A stretch of 64,000 nt of DNA from Pseudomonadota bacterium (GTDB lineage: Bacteria; Myxococcota_A; Polyangia; Polyangiales; JAKSBK01). Of this stretch, positions 9,681 through 19,700 are shown in pieces (the stretch's first letter is position 1; every line of letters starts with the position of its first letter). Where the stretch lies: the NCBI GenBank assembly GCA_022361155.1, contig JAKSBK010000210.1, forward strand, positions 2,364 through 66,363. Direction: 5' to 3'. The translations under genes and the position numbers were made by a program. The notes beneath the pieces are model-generated. The model saw only the letters and a program-made list of their open reading frames with translations. It was not told where the DNA came from and made no database searches.

Positions 9681-10621
9681 GGGCCCGAATCCTGGTTGAC
9701 CGCCTTGCGCACGAAGAGGTCCTCGAGGGTCTCGCGCTTCGGCGTCACCGCGATCAAGGTAGCCTGATGGTCGAGCGCGCTGCGGACGACTTCAGGCACT
9801 GCTGCATCGCCTTCGATCGTGACTACCAGGCTGCCCTCCAAGTCGCTGATCTGCATGGCTTGCCGTTCGAGCTGCGCGCGGCACGCCGCGGTCACGTTCG
9901 CAAGCTCGACCTCGACGTGGCGCACCTCGGGTCGCAGGAGCGTGGAAAGCGACCCCGTTGCACTGACGAGGCCTTGATTCAGAATCGTCACCTCATCGCA
10001 GAGCATCTCGACATCGCTCAGGATGTGACTCGTGAAGATCAAGGTCTTGCCGCGCCTGCGTTGATCCAGCAGCACATCGCGCACGTGCTTGCGCCCTACG
10101 GGATCGAGCCCGCTGAACGGTTCGTCCAGGATCAGCATCTCGGGATCGTGCAGCAGCGCCTGCGCCAGGCCGATGCGTTGCATCATGCCTTTGGAGAAGC
10201 GACCGATCGGTCGATCGACGGCGTCCGAAAGCCCCACGTCTTCGAGCTGCTTCGTGCTGCGCGCCTTGCGTTCGCGTTCTTGGAGCCCCACCAGCCGGCC
10301 GCACAGGTCCAGAAACTCGAGCGGACGCAAATACTCGTAGACATAGGGGTTTTCGGGCAGGTAGCCCAGTCGCGCGCGCGCCTCGCGGCTGGCGCCCTCC
10401 GAGCCGAACAGCCGGATGCTGCCCCGGGGGGGATGGATCAGGCGCAGTGCCATCTTGATCGTCGTGGTCTTTCCTGCGCCGTTCGGTCCCAGAAAGCCGA
10501 AGATCTGGCCCCGCCGCACGCTGAAGCTAATGCCCCTGACCGCATGCACCGGCTTGCGAAAAAAGCCGATGCGGAACGTCTTGTGCAGGTCACGGACCTC
10601 GAGCACGCTGTCGCCAGCCAT
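9677..10621 (-). CDS. ABC transporter ATP-binding protein (ABC-2/DrrA-like), no adjacent permease
   Basis: Walker A GPNGAGKTT, signature FSKGMMQRIGLA, Walker B ILDEPFSGLD. Start ATG 10621 or 10651. Confidence 0.85.
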   Translation of the reverse strand: MAGDSVLEVRDLHKTFRIGFFRKPVHAVRGISFSVRRGQIFGFLGPNGAGKTTTIKMALRLIHPPRGSIRLFGSEGASREARARLGYLPENPYVYEYLRPLEFLDLCGRLVGLQERERKARSTKQLEDVGLSDAVDRPIGRFSKGMMQRIGLAQALLHDPEMLILDEPFSGLDPVGRKHVRDVLLDQRRRGKTLIFTSHILSDVEMLCDEVTILNQGLVSATGSLSTLLRPEVRHVEVELANVTAACRAQLERQAMQISDLEGSLVVTIEGDAAVPEVVRSALDHQATLIAVTPKRETLEDLFVRKAVNQDSGP

Positions 10622-10647
10622 GGAGCAGGGTGCGCGGCTGGCACGCG

Positions 10648-11778
10648 TCATGGTGCTTTTCCCGCGCCGCCCCCCAGCACAGCAGCGACGGCGTCGATCA
10701 CGAGTTGCTGTTCGCCGGCTTGCAGCGTCGGATAGAGCGGCAATGCGATGCCGTATTCGGCGATGTGCTGAGCGTTTGGAAAGGAGCGTCCCCGTTGCCG
10801 AGCCAGCTGGCTGGCCTGTGCCAGCTGCGGCAAGCTATGCATCGCGTACGAGAGCATACCGGCCTCGACGTTCCTGGCACGCAGCTGTTCGAGCACGCTG
10901 GCGCGCCGGCTTGCAGACCGCGGAAGCAGCGCGCCCATGGTCTGAACGTTCCACTCGGCACCGGCTGGGGCGCGCTGGAACTCGAGCCCGCCCAGCGCCG
11001 CACGGTAGCGGGCCGAGAGCGCTCGCCTGCGGGCCACGATGGCATCCAGACGTCCGAGCTGGATGCTGCCCATGGCGGCAGCCATTTCGGTGAGCCGGAA
11101 GTTACCCGCAGGCTCGCGGAACCGGCCGGGCGCGGATTGACCGTGGTTGCGCAAGACCGTGAGCCTGTGCGCCAGCTCGGGTTGGTCGGTCAGGCAGGCG
11201 CCCCCTTCGCCCGTAGTCAGCAGCTTTCTCGGATGGAAGCTGAGGCAGGCGATGAGTCCCATCGAACCGCAGGGCTCACCATGCAGGGAGCTTCCGAGGC
11301 TGCAGGCCGCGTCCACGATCAGCGGTAGCTCGCCCAGCGCCGCCTGGATTTCGGTCACTCGGGCGGGGACACCAAACTGGTCGATCACCACGGCGGCGCG
11401 CGTCCGATCGGTACGTGCTTCGGCGAACGCGGCGGGTAGGGCGTTCCATTCGTGGCGATCCACATCCACCAGCACGGGGCTCGCGCCGCAGCGGATGATG
11501 GCATGTGCGGGGCTTGGCCAGCTCAGATCCGGGCACAGTACCTCGTCGCCGGAGCCCACCCCCGCCGCCTGCAGCGCGAGGCTCAGCGCGGCCGTACCGC
11601 TCGCCACGGCGACCGCGAAGGTGCGCCGGCAGGTCGCGGCCAGCAACTCCTCGAACTCGGCGACCCGTTGCCCTTGCACGAGGCGGCCCGAACCGAGCAC
11701 CGCCGCCACGGCGTCGAGCTCTTCGGAGCCCAGCATCGGCTTGCACAGAGGGATCACTGCCAGGTCGCGTTGTCCCAA
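10648..11778 (-). CDS. DegT/DnrJ/EryC1/StrS-family PLP aminotransferase
   Basis: Family-typical fold pattern (GDEVLCPD..., SFHPRKLLTTGEGG with the PLP lysine region). 4-nt overlap with the downstream ABC ATPase. Confidence 0.8.
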   Translation of the reverse strand: MGQRDLAVIPLCKPMLGSEELDAVAAVLGSGRLVQGQRVAEFEELLAATCRRTFAVAVASGTAALSLALQAAGVGSGDEVLCPDLSWPSPAHAIIRCGASPVLVDVDRHEWNALPAAFAEARTDRTRAAVVIDQFGVPARVTEIQAALGELPLIVDAACSLGSSLHGEPCGSMGLIACLSFHPRKLLTTGEGGACLTDQPELAHRLTVLRNHGQSAPGRFREPAGNFRLTEMAAAMGSIQLGRLDAIVARRRALSARYRAALGGLEFQRAPAGAEWNVQTMGALLPRSASRRASVLEQLRARNVEAGMLSYAMHSLPQLAQASQLARQRGRSFPNAQHIAEYGIALPLYPTLQAGEQQLVIDAVAAVLGGGAGKAP

Positions 11779-11927
11779 GCCACGTCTTGCGCTCGATCAT
11801 ACGTCAGTTCGGGGGTCCCTCTGCGCTTCTAGTTTGATACTTTTGGCCGTGTTCGTACCCACGGGACGGGGCCGCGCGGACCCCGTTCGTCTTCCCGCGC
11901 TCGGTCAGGCCGGGTTATCGTGCCCGC

Positions 11928-12230
11928 ATGCAGCCCGAAGGCCTGCTCGAGGCCGCGCTGATCGCGCTTGACAAGCTGGGTGTCGAGGTACGCGTCCAGA
12001 GGCTGCCCGACGAAGCGCAAGTACTCGGTGGCGTCTGCCGCATCCAGGGCCGGCTCACCGTCTTTGTGTCGCCGCACGCTCCCGTCGCCGACAGGCTGGC
12101 GCTCGTTCTCGACGCGCTGCGGCGTTCGGACCACGAGTCCATCTGGCTTGCGCCGCTGCTGCGCGACGCGCTGCGATCGGGGCCGGCAGGACAACAGCCG
12201 AGAGATACGAGACTGGAGAGCAACAGTTGA
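11928..12230 (+). CDS. Hypothetical protein (100 aa)
   Basis: High GC3 codon pattern in this frame and no recognisable motif. Confidence 0.4.
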   Translation: MQPEGLLEAALIALDKLGVEVRVQRLPDEAQVLGGVCRIQGRLTVFVSPHAPVADRLALVLDALRRSDHESIWLAPLLRDALRSGPAGQQPRDTRLESNS

Positions 12231-12465
12231 GAGGTAACCGTTATCCGAACCGCAGCCCGGCGTATTCCTCGTGCGACTGCTGCGGGCGTGCGCGCCCAGA
12301 AAACCGCCCGAAAGCCCGGCTTCCTGGGACCCCGAACGGTTTCGTTGAGAGCCGAAGCCGAGCGCCTACTGTCGACCCCGTAGCGCCCATGTCACGATTG
12401 TTACGCTCGTGTGTCGAAAGCGACCCGTTTTTCCACAGCGCGGATCGGCGCCCATGTGGATTCCC

Positions 12466-12495
12466 TGTGCAAAAAACGTATAAGCACTCGATAAT
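12466..12495 (+). promoter_or_regulatory. Candidate sigma70-like promoter (TGTGCA-18-GATAAT) in an AT-rich patch
   Basis: -10 GATAAT at 12490-12495 and a weak -35 TGTGCA at 12466-12471, in the only AT-rich stretch of the 520-bp non-coding gap. Confidence 0.25.
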
Positions 12496-12501
12496 AAAAA
12501 T

Positions 12502-12652
12502 CAAACGCCTGCTGCCGCTTGTGGATGGCTGGTTGCGTTATTGTCACCCCTGGGGGATGGGTGAAAACCCTCGCCTTTAGGCGAAGCCTTCAGGAGGCGT
12601 AGCCGAAGCGGATTATCCCCCGCATGAATGCGGGGGTTTTGACCTGTTTTTT
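12502..12652 (+). ncRNA. Candidate about 150-nt sRNA or terminator-containing 5' leader upstream of the cNMP/RiPP-like operon
   Basis: Non-coding region bounded by the candidate promoter and a strong intrinsic terminator. Contains local hairpins (tcgcc-ttta-ggcga). No known riboswitch consensus recognised. Confidence 0.3.
12617..12652 (+). terminator. Rho-independent terminator
   Basis: 8-bp GC stem cccccgca / tgcggggg with loop tgaa, followed by TTTTgacctgTTTTTT. Confidence 0.65.
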
Positions 12653-12762
12653 CGTGAATGCCTACCTTTCCTATCGTGGTAATATCGGGGTGACCCGGAT
12701 CAGCCCGGGCCCCGAGCGTCCAAGACGTGGCCGAGCTGCGTTTGATCCAGGGCGGCTGACCC

Positions 12763-14148
12763 ATGTCCGACTCTCCCACACGCAGCCACCCGGAGTCCCA
12801 CGGCCACAGCGGGGTGAGCTCGAGCGACCATGGCGCGTCCGGCTTTGCGCCGCCGACCGCGCTGGAGCGCGCTTGGGCCGACCGCGCGGCCGGGCAGCGA
12901 GAGCGGGCCCTTCGCCTGGCCCTGACCGCGATCGAGGGCCGCACCGCGGGTCCGTGGGCGGCTCTGCTGGTGGTGCGGCTGCTGCTCGAGGCGAGGCGCG
13001 ACCAGGTGGCGTCCCGCGCCATCGATCCCCTCGTCACCGCGTTCATCGACCGCGGTGACCTGCCGGGCGGGGTGGTAGCCGCAGGGCTGCTTGCCGCAGA
13101 GCGAAGGCAGGCGGCGCTGCGGCGTCTGGCTCAGGCGTTTGCGCGGGGCTCGGAGCGCGTGACCGATGCCCCTGTCGCCCCGCCGCCGTTGCCAGACGGC
13201 AAGCCGGCGCCAGCCGAGCAGCAAGCGCTAGCCGGCGAGCCCCTCTTGGGGCGGGCGGAGCAACTGCTGCAGCTGTATCTGTCCCTGGAGGCCGGCAGCG
13301 GCGCACCGTCCCGGCTGCCACGGCTCGCGCTGTTCGGGTCGCTGTCCGCCGACGCGCTCGTGCGCCTGTTGGGTATTCTCGGTTCACGGGAAATCCAACC
13401 CGGGGCCAATGTGGTTCGCGAGGGGGAGCCTGGTCGCGAGGCCTTCGTGCTGGCGCGGGGTCGGCTGCAGGTCGTTCGGCAGAGCGCGGGCGAGCATGCA
13501 GGGCTCGCGAATCTGGGCCCGGGCGATCTGTTCGGCGAAATGGCGCTCGTCAGCGACGCTCCCCGTGCGGCCTCGGTCATCGCAGCCACCGCCTCGGAGG
13601 TGCTGGTGGCGTCGCGCGAGCGCCTTGAAGAGCTTGCGGGTCAAGAGCCCGCGCTCGGCGAGACCTTGGCCCGTTTTTGCCAGCGCAGGATGCTCCAAAA
13701 CCTCGTACGCCACAGTCCCATCCTGTCGAGCCTACAGCCCAAGCAGCGCGAACAGCTCATGGGTCGCTTCAAGACCTGCCACTTTGGAGCGGGTCGGGCA
13801 CTGATAACGCAGGGAAGCCAAGCCCCCGGGCTGTATCTGATTGCCAGCGGCGAGGTGAGCGTCTGCAGTCCTGACGAAGACGGCGACACCGTGGTCCTCG
13901 CCGTGCTCGGTCCGGGCGACGTCGTGGGCGAAATTTCGCTCGTTCTGCGTCGAGAGGCCAACGCCAGCGTGGTCGCGACCCATCCCACAGTCGCGCTGGA
14001 ACTCACACACGAGCAGTTTCAACACAGCATCCGCGAGCACCCCAACCTGCTCGCACGGCTTTACGAAATCGCCACCCAGCGCGACGAAGAAACCCGTAGC
14101 GTGGTTGCACAACGAGCCCTAGATGTGGAAGATGTTGTGCTGGTTTAG
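12763..14148 (+). CDS. Protein with two cyclic-nucleotide-binding (CAP_ED) domains and a helical N-terminal region
   Basis: Two cNMP-binding signatures, GDLFGEMALVSDAPRAASV and GDVVGEISLVLRREANASVV. Ends 12 nt before the HprK-like gene. Confidence 0.8.
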   Translation: MSDSPTRSHPESHGHSGVSSSDHGASGFAPPTALERAWADRAAGQRERALRLALTAIEGRTAGPWAALLVVRLLLEARRDQVASRAIDPLVTAFIDRGDLPGGVVAAGLLAAERRQAALRRLAQAFARGSERVTDAPVAPPPLPDGKPAPAEQQALAGEPLLGRAEQLLQLYLSLEAGSGAPSRLPRLALFGSLSADALVRLLGILGSREIQPGANVVREGEPGREAFVLARGRLQVVRQSAGEHAGLANLGPGDLFGEMALVSDAPRAASVIAATASEVLVASRERLEELAGQEPALGETLARFCQRRMLQNLVRHSPILSSLQPKQREQLMGRFKTCHFGAGRALITQGSQAPGLYLIASGEVSVCSPDEDGDTVVLAVLGPGDVVGEISLVLRREANASVVATHPTVALELTHEQFQHSIREHPNLLARLYEIATQRDEETRSVVAQRALDVEDVVLV

Positions 14149-14160
14149 GCAGCTGGCGGG

Positions 14161-15096
14161 ATGGTTGTGTTCGCGCAAACCCACAGCGAACGAGTGGCTT
14201 GCCGGAACATGATGGAGCTTGGCTTGGCCCTGACAGACTCGGATGCTGCTCTCGCGCTTGGCGTTTCCGGGCGCCGCCGGAGCTTTTATTTCGGGGGCGT
14301 GCGTTTCGATGTCCGGGTAAGGGGGTTGCAGTGGGATGTTCCTCCAGCGGTACAGTCCTACATCACCGCCTGCTCGGACGCACTTCCGGTGGCTGGCCGA
14401 ATCGCGTGTGCGCTCGAAGCGGGCCCGGGCCCTACGCTCGAGGGGGACGCTGACGTCGCATGCGAATGGCACGGCGATCGGGCTAGAGTTCGCACACGCG
14501 GTTTGCATGCGATGCTCCGTCGGTGCGACCGGGGTGACTACGCGGCAAGGGCGCTCGTGCCGTCCGCGCACGAGGGAATCCGGGCGCTTACCTCCGCGCT
14601 CTCTGCGACGGTCGTGGAGCGTGAGGGTGGCATTCGTCTGCATGCTGTCCCGCTTCAGCTCGGTGAGAAGGTCGTACTGCTCATGGGTCCTTCGGGCGCC
14701 GGCAAGTCCACCTCGGCCGATCAGTGCGCCGGCGCTCGTGTGCTGTCTTATGATCATGCTGCTCTGGTTCGCTGCCGCAGCCGCTGGTTCGCGTGGGGAG
14801 TCCCGGGCGGCGCGCCTGCGCACTCACCAGTATCTTCGAGTAGGGCTCTGGCGGTGGCCGGTATCCTGCGAGTTCGCAAGGCAAGTTGCTCGCCCGCTCG
14901 CATAGTCCCGCTGCATTTGGTTCACGCCACCCTCGCTGTGCGTGAGAATGCCAAGAGCGGTACCGGGGCTTCTGGCGAGGCGAGGTTCTTGGCGGCCTGT
15001 GCCGAGATCAGCCGCGCGCTCCCCGTCGCCGAGCTTTGGACTGTCCTCGGAGCCCCGTTGCGCGACGTCATTGAAGAATGGATGAACAATGCCTGA
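14161..15096 (+). CDS. HPr kinase C-terminal-domain-like P-loop protein
   Basis: LHAVPLQLGEKVVLLMGPSGAGKST, the HprK-type pattern of a P-loop preceded by a His-containing strand. 8-nt overlap with the PqqD gene. Confidence 0.6.
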   Translation: MVVFAQTHSERVACRNMMELGLALTDSDAALALGVSGRRRSFYFGGVRFDVRVRGLQWDVPPAVQSYITACSDALPVAGRIACALEAGPGPTLEGDADVACEWHGDRARVRTRGLHAMLRRCDRGDYAARALVPSAHEGIRALTSALSATVVEREGGIRLHAVPLQLGEKVVLLMGPSGAGKSTSADQCAGARVLSYDHAALVRCRSRWFAWGVPGGAPAHSPVSSSRALAVAGILRVRKASCSPARIVPLHLVHATLAVRENAKSGTGASGEARFLAACAEISRALPVAELWTVLGAPLRDVIEEWMNNA

Positions 15097-15388
15097 GCAA
15101 CTCGCTCCAGGGTCGAGCACCAAGCTCAATGGTCTGATTCGAAGGGCCGACCGGGTGGCATGGCGTAACGTTGACGGTCGTGCGGTTCTGGTGATTATCG
15201 ATCGTCAGGAGCTCCATGCGCTAAACGATGTGGGCAGCCGAGTCTGGGAACTCGCGGACCGCCGCTCCATCCGTGAGATTGCGGTTCGCCTCGCAGAGGA
15301 ATTCGAAGTGGACTGCGTCAAGGCGGAGGCGGACGCGCGCTGCTTCGTTGAGCGCCTCCACGAGTTGGGAGCATTGCAGTGCGAGTAA
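15089..15388 (+). CDS. PqqD-family protein (RiPP recognition element-like)
   Basis: 99 aa. AWRNVDGRAVLVIIDRQELHALNDVGSRVWELAD...IREIAVRLAEEFEV matches the PqqD winged-helix pattern. Overlaps both neighbouring genes. Confidence 0.8.
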   Translation: MPEQLAPGSSTKLNGLIRRADRVAWRNVDGRAVLVIIDRQELHALNDVGSRVWELADRRSIREIAVRLAEEFEVDCVKAEADARCFVERLHELGALQCE

Positions 15389-16686
15389 CAGCCACGAGCG
15401 GGGCGGCAGCTAGTCAGACGGCAAACGCGGATGACTTGCTCTTTCGCCTTGGCGAGGCACGCGACTTTCCCCTCACGGCAACCATCGAAATCGCGGACCG
15501 CTGCAACGAGGTTTGTGTCCACTGTTATCAAGTGCAGGGTAAGAAGGGGGAGATGACAACCGAGCAGGTCAAACGGGTCATGGATGAACTGGCCGGTCTG
15601 GGCGTGCTCATGTTGTGCATCTCGGGTGGCGAGGCTACGCTCCGCAGGGATTTTCTCGAGCTCGTCGAGTATGCGAGCGGGCTTGGCTTCTCGATCACTT
15701 TGTTCACCAACGGGCTGACGATGAGCAAGGAGTTGGCCCGTGCCCTCGCGCGCCTCAACGTGCGTGAGGTGCAGATTAGCCTGTATTCGCCACGCCCAGA
15801 GGTACACGACTGGGTGACGGGCGTGCCGGGATCGTGGGAACGCACCACCAGAGGAGTGCGGTACCTTGTCGAAGAGAACGTGCGCGTGCGCGTCAAGACG
15901 CCGATCATGACTGTCAACGGCGGCGACTACAGGCGCTACATGCGGTTGGCCAGCGACCTTGGTGCGCTTTTCAGTCTGGATCAGAGCGTGCTTATGCCGC
16001 GCGAAGACGGCCGCCGGGATCCCGAGGCCATGGCGTATCCATGGGAGCTCAAGCAGCGCATCGTTAGCGACCCCGAGATCAAGAGGAGAGCGCAGATCAC
16101 CGGGCCTCGTTACAAGAGCAATGAACGTCCTGTTTGCGGAGCCTGCCGAACGCTTCATATCGAGGCCAACGGAGAGCTCAGACCGTGCTCTCAACTCGAG
16201 GTGGCGTGCGGGAACGCGTCGCGCGACGGGATCGAGGCTTCCTGGAAGTACGACGAAAACGTCAGGACGATTCGAGAGCTGACCTGGGACGATCTGCATG
16301 GCTGTCGAGAGTGCGACCTGCGCCATTATTGTTCTCGCTGCTTTGCGACGGCGCGCGCAGCCGGCGATGCCCTCGGCCCCTATGGGGCAGCATGTGCGGC
16401 CGCCAAGACGCGCTACCAGTCGGTTCACGGGAGATCGCCCTTCGATCGAGAGGTATCGCCCATTGGGCCGTACCGCCAGGCTGCAAGGGGTAGTTTCGAG
16501 TCGTTTCCCGACCGGATCACACCTCGCGACGAAGAGCTCTCGGCGGCGCTGAAATGGGTGCGACCCGAAGAGGGTGGGGCGCCAGCACCCGAGGCTTCGG
16601 CGATGCCGGGCCAGCTCGTTAAGTTGCGGAGGCCGGGGAAGCGACCGACTTGGGAGACCGTCCCCTCTGGGGCGGCGCCGACTTGA
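15379..16686 (+). CDS. Radical SAM / SPASM-domain peptide-maturase-like enzyme
   Basis: CNEVCVHCY (CX3CX2C) and SGGEATLR. C-terminal Cys cluster CGAC...ANGELRPC...ACGN...CRECDLRHYCSRC typical of SPASM auxiliary 4Fe-4S sites. Confidence 0.85.
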   Translation: MRVTATSGAAASQTANADDLLFRLGEARDFPLTATIEIADRCNEVCVHCYQVQGKKGEMTTEQVKRVMDELAGLGVLMLCISGGEATLRRDFLELVEYASGLGFSITLFTNGLTMSKELARALARLNVREVQISLYSPRPEVHDWVTGVPGSWERTTRGVRYLVEENVRVRVKTPIMTVNGGDYRRYMRLASDLGALFSLDQSVLMPREDGRRDPEAMAYPWELKQRIVSDPEIKRRAQITGPRYKSNERPVCGACRTLHIEANGELRPCSQLEVACGNASRDGIEASWKYDENVRTIRELTWDDLHGCRECDLRHYCSRCFATARAAGDALGPYGAACAAAKTRYQSVHGRSPFDREVSPIGPYRQAARGSFESFPDRITPRDEELSAALKWVRPEEGGAPAPEASAMPGQLVKLRRPGKRPTWETVPSGAAPT

Positions 16687-16755
16687 ACATATGCAGAGTG
16701 ACCCACAGGCGCTGGACTTGTCATGGAGCGGATTTCGGACGAAGGAGACACTCAC

Positions 16756-19700
16756 ATGGTGATCGGCCAGGTTCCAGGCGTTGATAGAAGAGCAGCCGCG
16801 GTGAAACAGCTGGATCGCCCTGCCGCGCGGGAAGCGGGCGTCATCTGGACGCTTGCATCTGTATTGTTTTGCGGCTGCAGCGTCAGCGACGATGGCGCGG
16901 GCATGCTCACGATCGTGAGCCCAGCGCCCAACCAGATGTTCACACCGGCGGACGATATCAGTCCGGACCAGCCTGGCTTTCAGACGCTGGTGGCGGTCAC
17001 GTCCACGAATCTCACCAGGCAGGCGAGGATCGTCTTGCATGTCGACGCCGGAGACCCGGTGCTCGCGAGGCTGCTCGAGGGGGTGGGCGCGCCCGACGAC
17101 GCGGGCAACGCCATGATCATGGTGACATTGCCCGCCGGCACGCACGAGCTGAGCGCGGAGACGTTCCTCGGCAGCGTTCGGTCCGCGGGTGTGGTGTACA
17201 CGGCTCCGGACCTTGGGGGTGGTCCGCCGATCGGGCCGGGAGGATGTCCCACGGCCTTGTTCGTGACACCGCTGCCGCCGGCCATGGGTGCCACGCAGCG
17301 GACGCTCGGACCGGGAAGCGACACCGTGGGCGAGGGCTGCGGGATGACCTTTGCCACCACCGTCGCGCTGGCGACCAACGCGCTCGACGGCGTGGAAGGG
17401 CAGCTGTTCGTCAACGGCACGCCGGGGCCGGTGGTCGCGGCAGCGGGTGGGGCGCTGGTATTCGACGACGTCGAGCTCGGCAACCGCGGCACGTTTCCGA
17501 ACCTGCTCGAGGTCAGGTTCAACCTCGCGGGCGTCGTGTGCGATGCGCTGCGCTATCCAGGCGATCTGCTGGTCGACTGCGAAGGCGCAAGTTGCGAGCT
17601 GACCGCACCACGCACCGATACGGGTTTTCTCAACCTCGAGGACGATGTGTCGAGCATGCCCGGTTTTCAGACGGACTTTCAGGTCACGACCGACAGCTCC
17701 GCCGCGAACCAGCCCGTGCGGCTCATCGTGGACGGCAATTTCAATACCCCCCCCATGATGAATCCGGTGGTCAACGGGCCCCAGGCCATTGCGACTTTCG
17801 GAGGCGTTTCACTTGAAGACGGCGGCCACACGGTCTTTGCCGAATGCCGGGACGACGCTGGCAACCTCACCAGGTCCGCTGCCGGGCGCTGGGTCGTGGA
17901 CACCGTGCCCTGCACCCTGGGTATCGATTCGCCTGCGGCGGGCACGAGCTTCATCGAGACCGACGACGTCAACAGCATGCAGGCCGGGCTGCAAGTCGAG
18001 CTTGAAGGCACCCTCATGGGCGACGGCTGCACCGGGGTGCGGGCAGCGGAGTGCACCGGGATCGAGGGCGTTCCGTTCCAGACGCACGATGGATCGCGGA
18101 GCGTGAGCGCCAATGTCACGCTGTCGAGTAACCGTATGCAGTCCCTGTGCCTCGAAGTGCGTGACGTGGCTCGCAACGTTGCCCAGGAACGAGTCGCCGT
18201 TGAGCGCCAATCAGATGCACCGAAGCTCGCCTTCGCCGTTCCGGACCCTCAGAACCCGGATGCATTGCGCTTCAACTCTGCGGGAAACACGTACGAGGGC
18301 CAAAGCTATGTGGCGGACCTTGACCCGACGACACCCGCTTGCGACGTGCGATTCGAGGTGCTGTGCGACGAGGTGGGCCGCCCCGTTACACTTCATGTTG
18401 AAGCTACGGGTGTTCAGCTGTCGGGCGGCAGCGCCGACTGCGTCGCGGCGCCGGCCATGCCCATGGGATTCCGAGGTCGAGCCACCTTCGCTTCAGTAGC
18501 CGTCGCCGCGGGGACCTCGCCCACCGTCAATATCGTCGCCCGTCAGCAGGGCGGCCGGCTGGAAGGCCAGTCAAGCCCGCTCACGCTGAACCACGACTGT
18601 CAACCACCGGATGTACTTTTCTACGAGCAGGATCCAGTGGACGGCGCCTTGTGCCAAGCATTCACTCCTTCGACCTCAGGGGGCGAGATCACCAAGAATG
18701 TTCGGGTATTCTCGCCGGTTGCAGCGCTTGAGCTGAAGATCTTCCGTACCGATGGCATGACGCCAGCCGTGCCGGTTTTCACGTCAACGACGCCCGTTCC
18801 CTCAGGCGCCTCACAGTTTCTGTTCCCGAATGTGAGCTTCCAAAACGGAGGAACCTACTCGGTGGTGGTGGAGGCTACCGACGGTGCTGGCAACCTCGGC
18901 ATCACCCCCCCGTGTCAGGTGCAGGTCGTGGATATCCCCACCCTTGCGATTACGGCCCCCATGAACGGGGCGGCATTGGATGCCTCGGGGGGATGCGCGG
19001 GTACGGGGATGTTCAATGTTCAGGTCGAAGCAACTACAGACGCGGCCGCGGGCTCGTTGGTCGAGATTCAGATTGCGGACCTTCCCGTCGAGACCACGTC
19101 CGTCGGCGTTAGTGGAGACATCAGCGAGTGCGTGGCGGCCAAGCAGGGCGAGGTTGATATTCGAGTGAGAGTTTCGGACACAGCAAGAGGTGGTGCGTTC
19201 GCCGAGCAGGTGCTGACTGTGACCATTGACAGCCTTCCGCCGCCCAACCCGATCACGGATCTGACTCTTCTGGATCCAACAACGACGCCTGCTACGGAGG
19301 ATGACAATCCGCGCGCAGGCACGGTGCGCTTTCGCTGGACCGCGGTGGATGATGCGGCAATGGGTCAGCCTCTTGCAGGCTACGAGCTTCGCTGTGTTGT
19401 GGCGCCGGGGCAGATCGCCGACGAAGCCAGCTGGTCGGCGGCTAGGTCCTATACGCTGGGCGTGAACCCAGCGGCGGGCGGGAACGTGCAGGAGGCGAAT
19501 GTTTCGGGGTTTCGGATGGGGGAGCCTGTGCGGTGCATTCTTCGAGGGGTGGACGGAGGAGGCCAATTGACGCCTCTACCTGCTGCGTCGGACCCGGGCT
19601 ACAACGTTCCCGTCGCTCTGAGCTTTCGTGACCACCAAGTCCAGCTTGCCGGCTCGGCTCGGCTCGGCATGCGCATGGTAGCGTTGGGAGACGTCAACGG

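Noticed and set aside
12624-13058. 144-aa ORF starting inside the terminator hairpin and overlapping the cNMP-binding gene in another frame.
   Set aside because: - There is no SD at a proper distance.
- The product is Arg/Pro/Gly-rich.
- It overlaps a gene with clear CAP_ED motifs.
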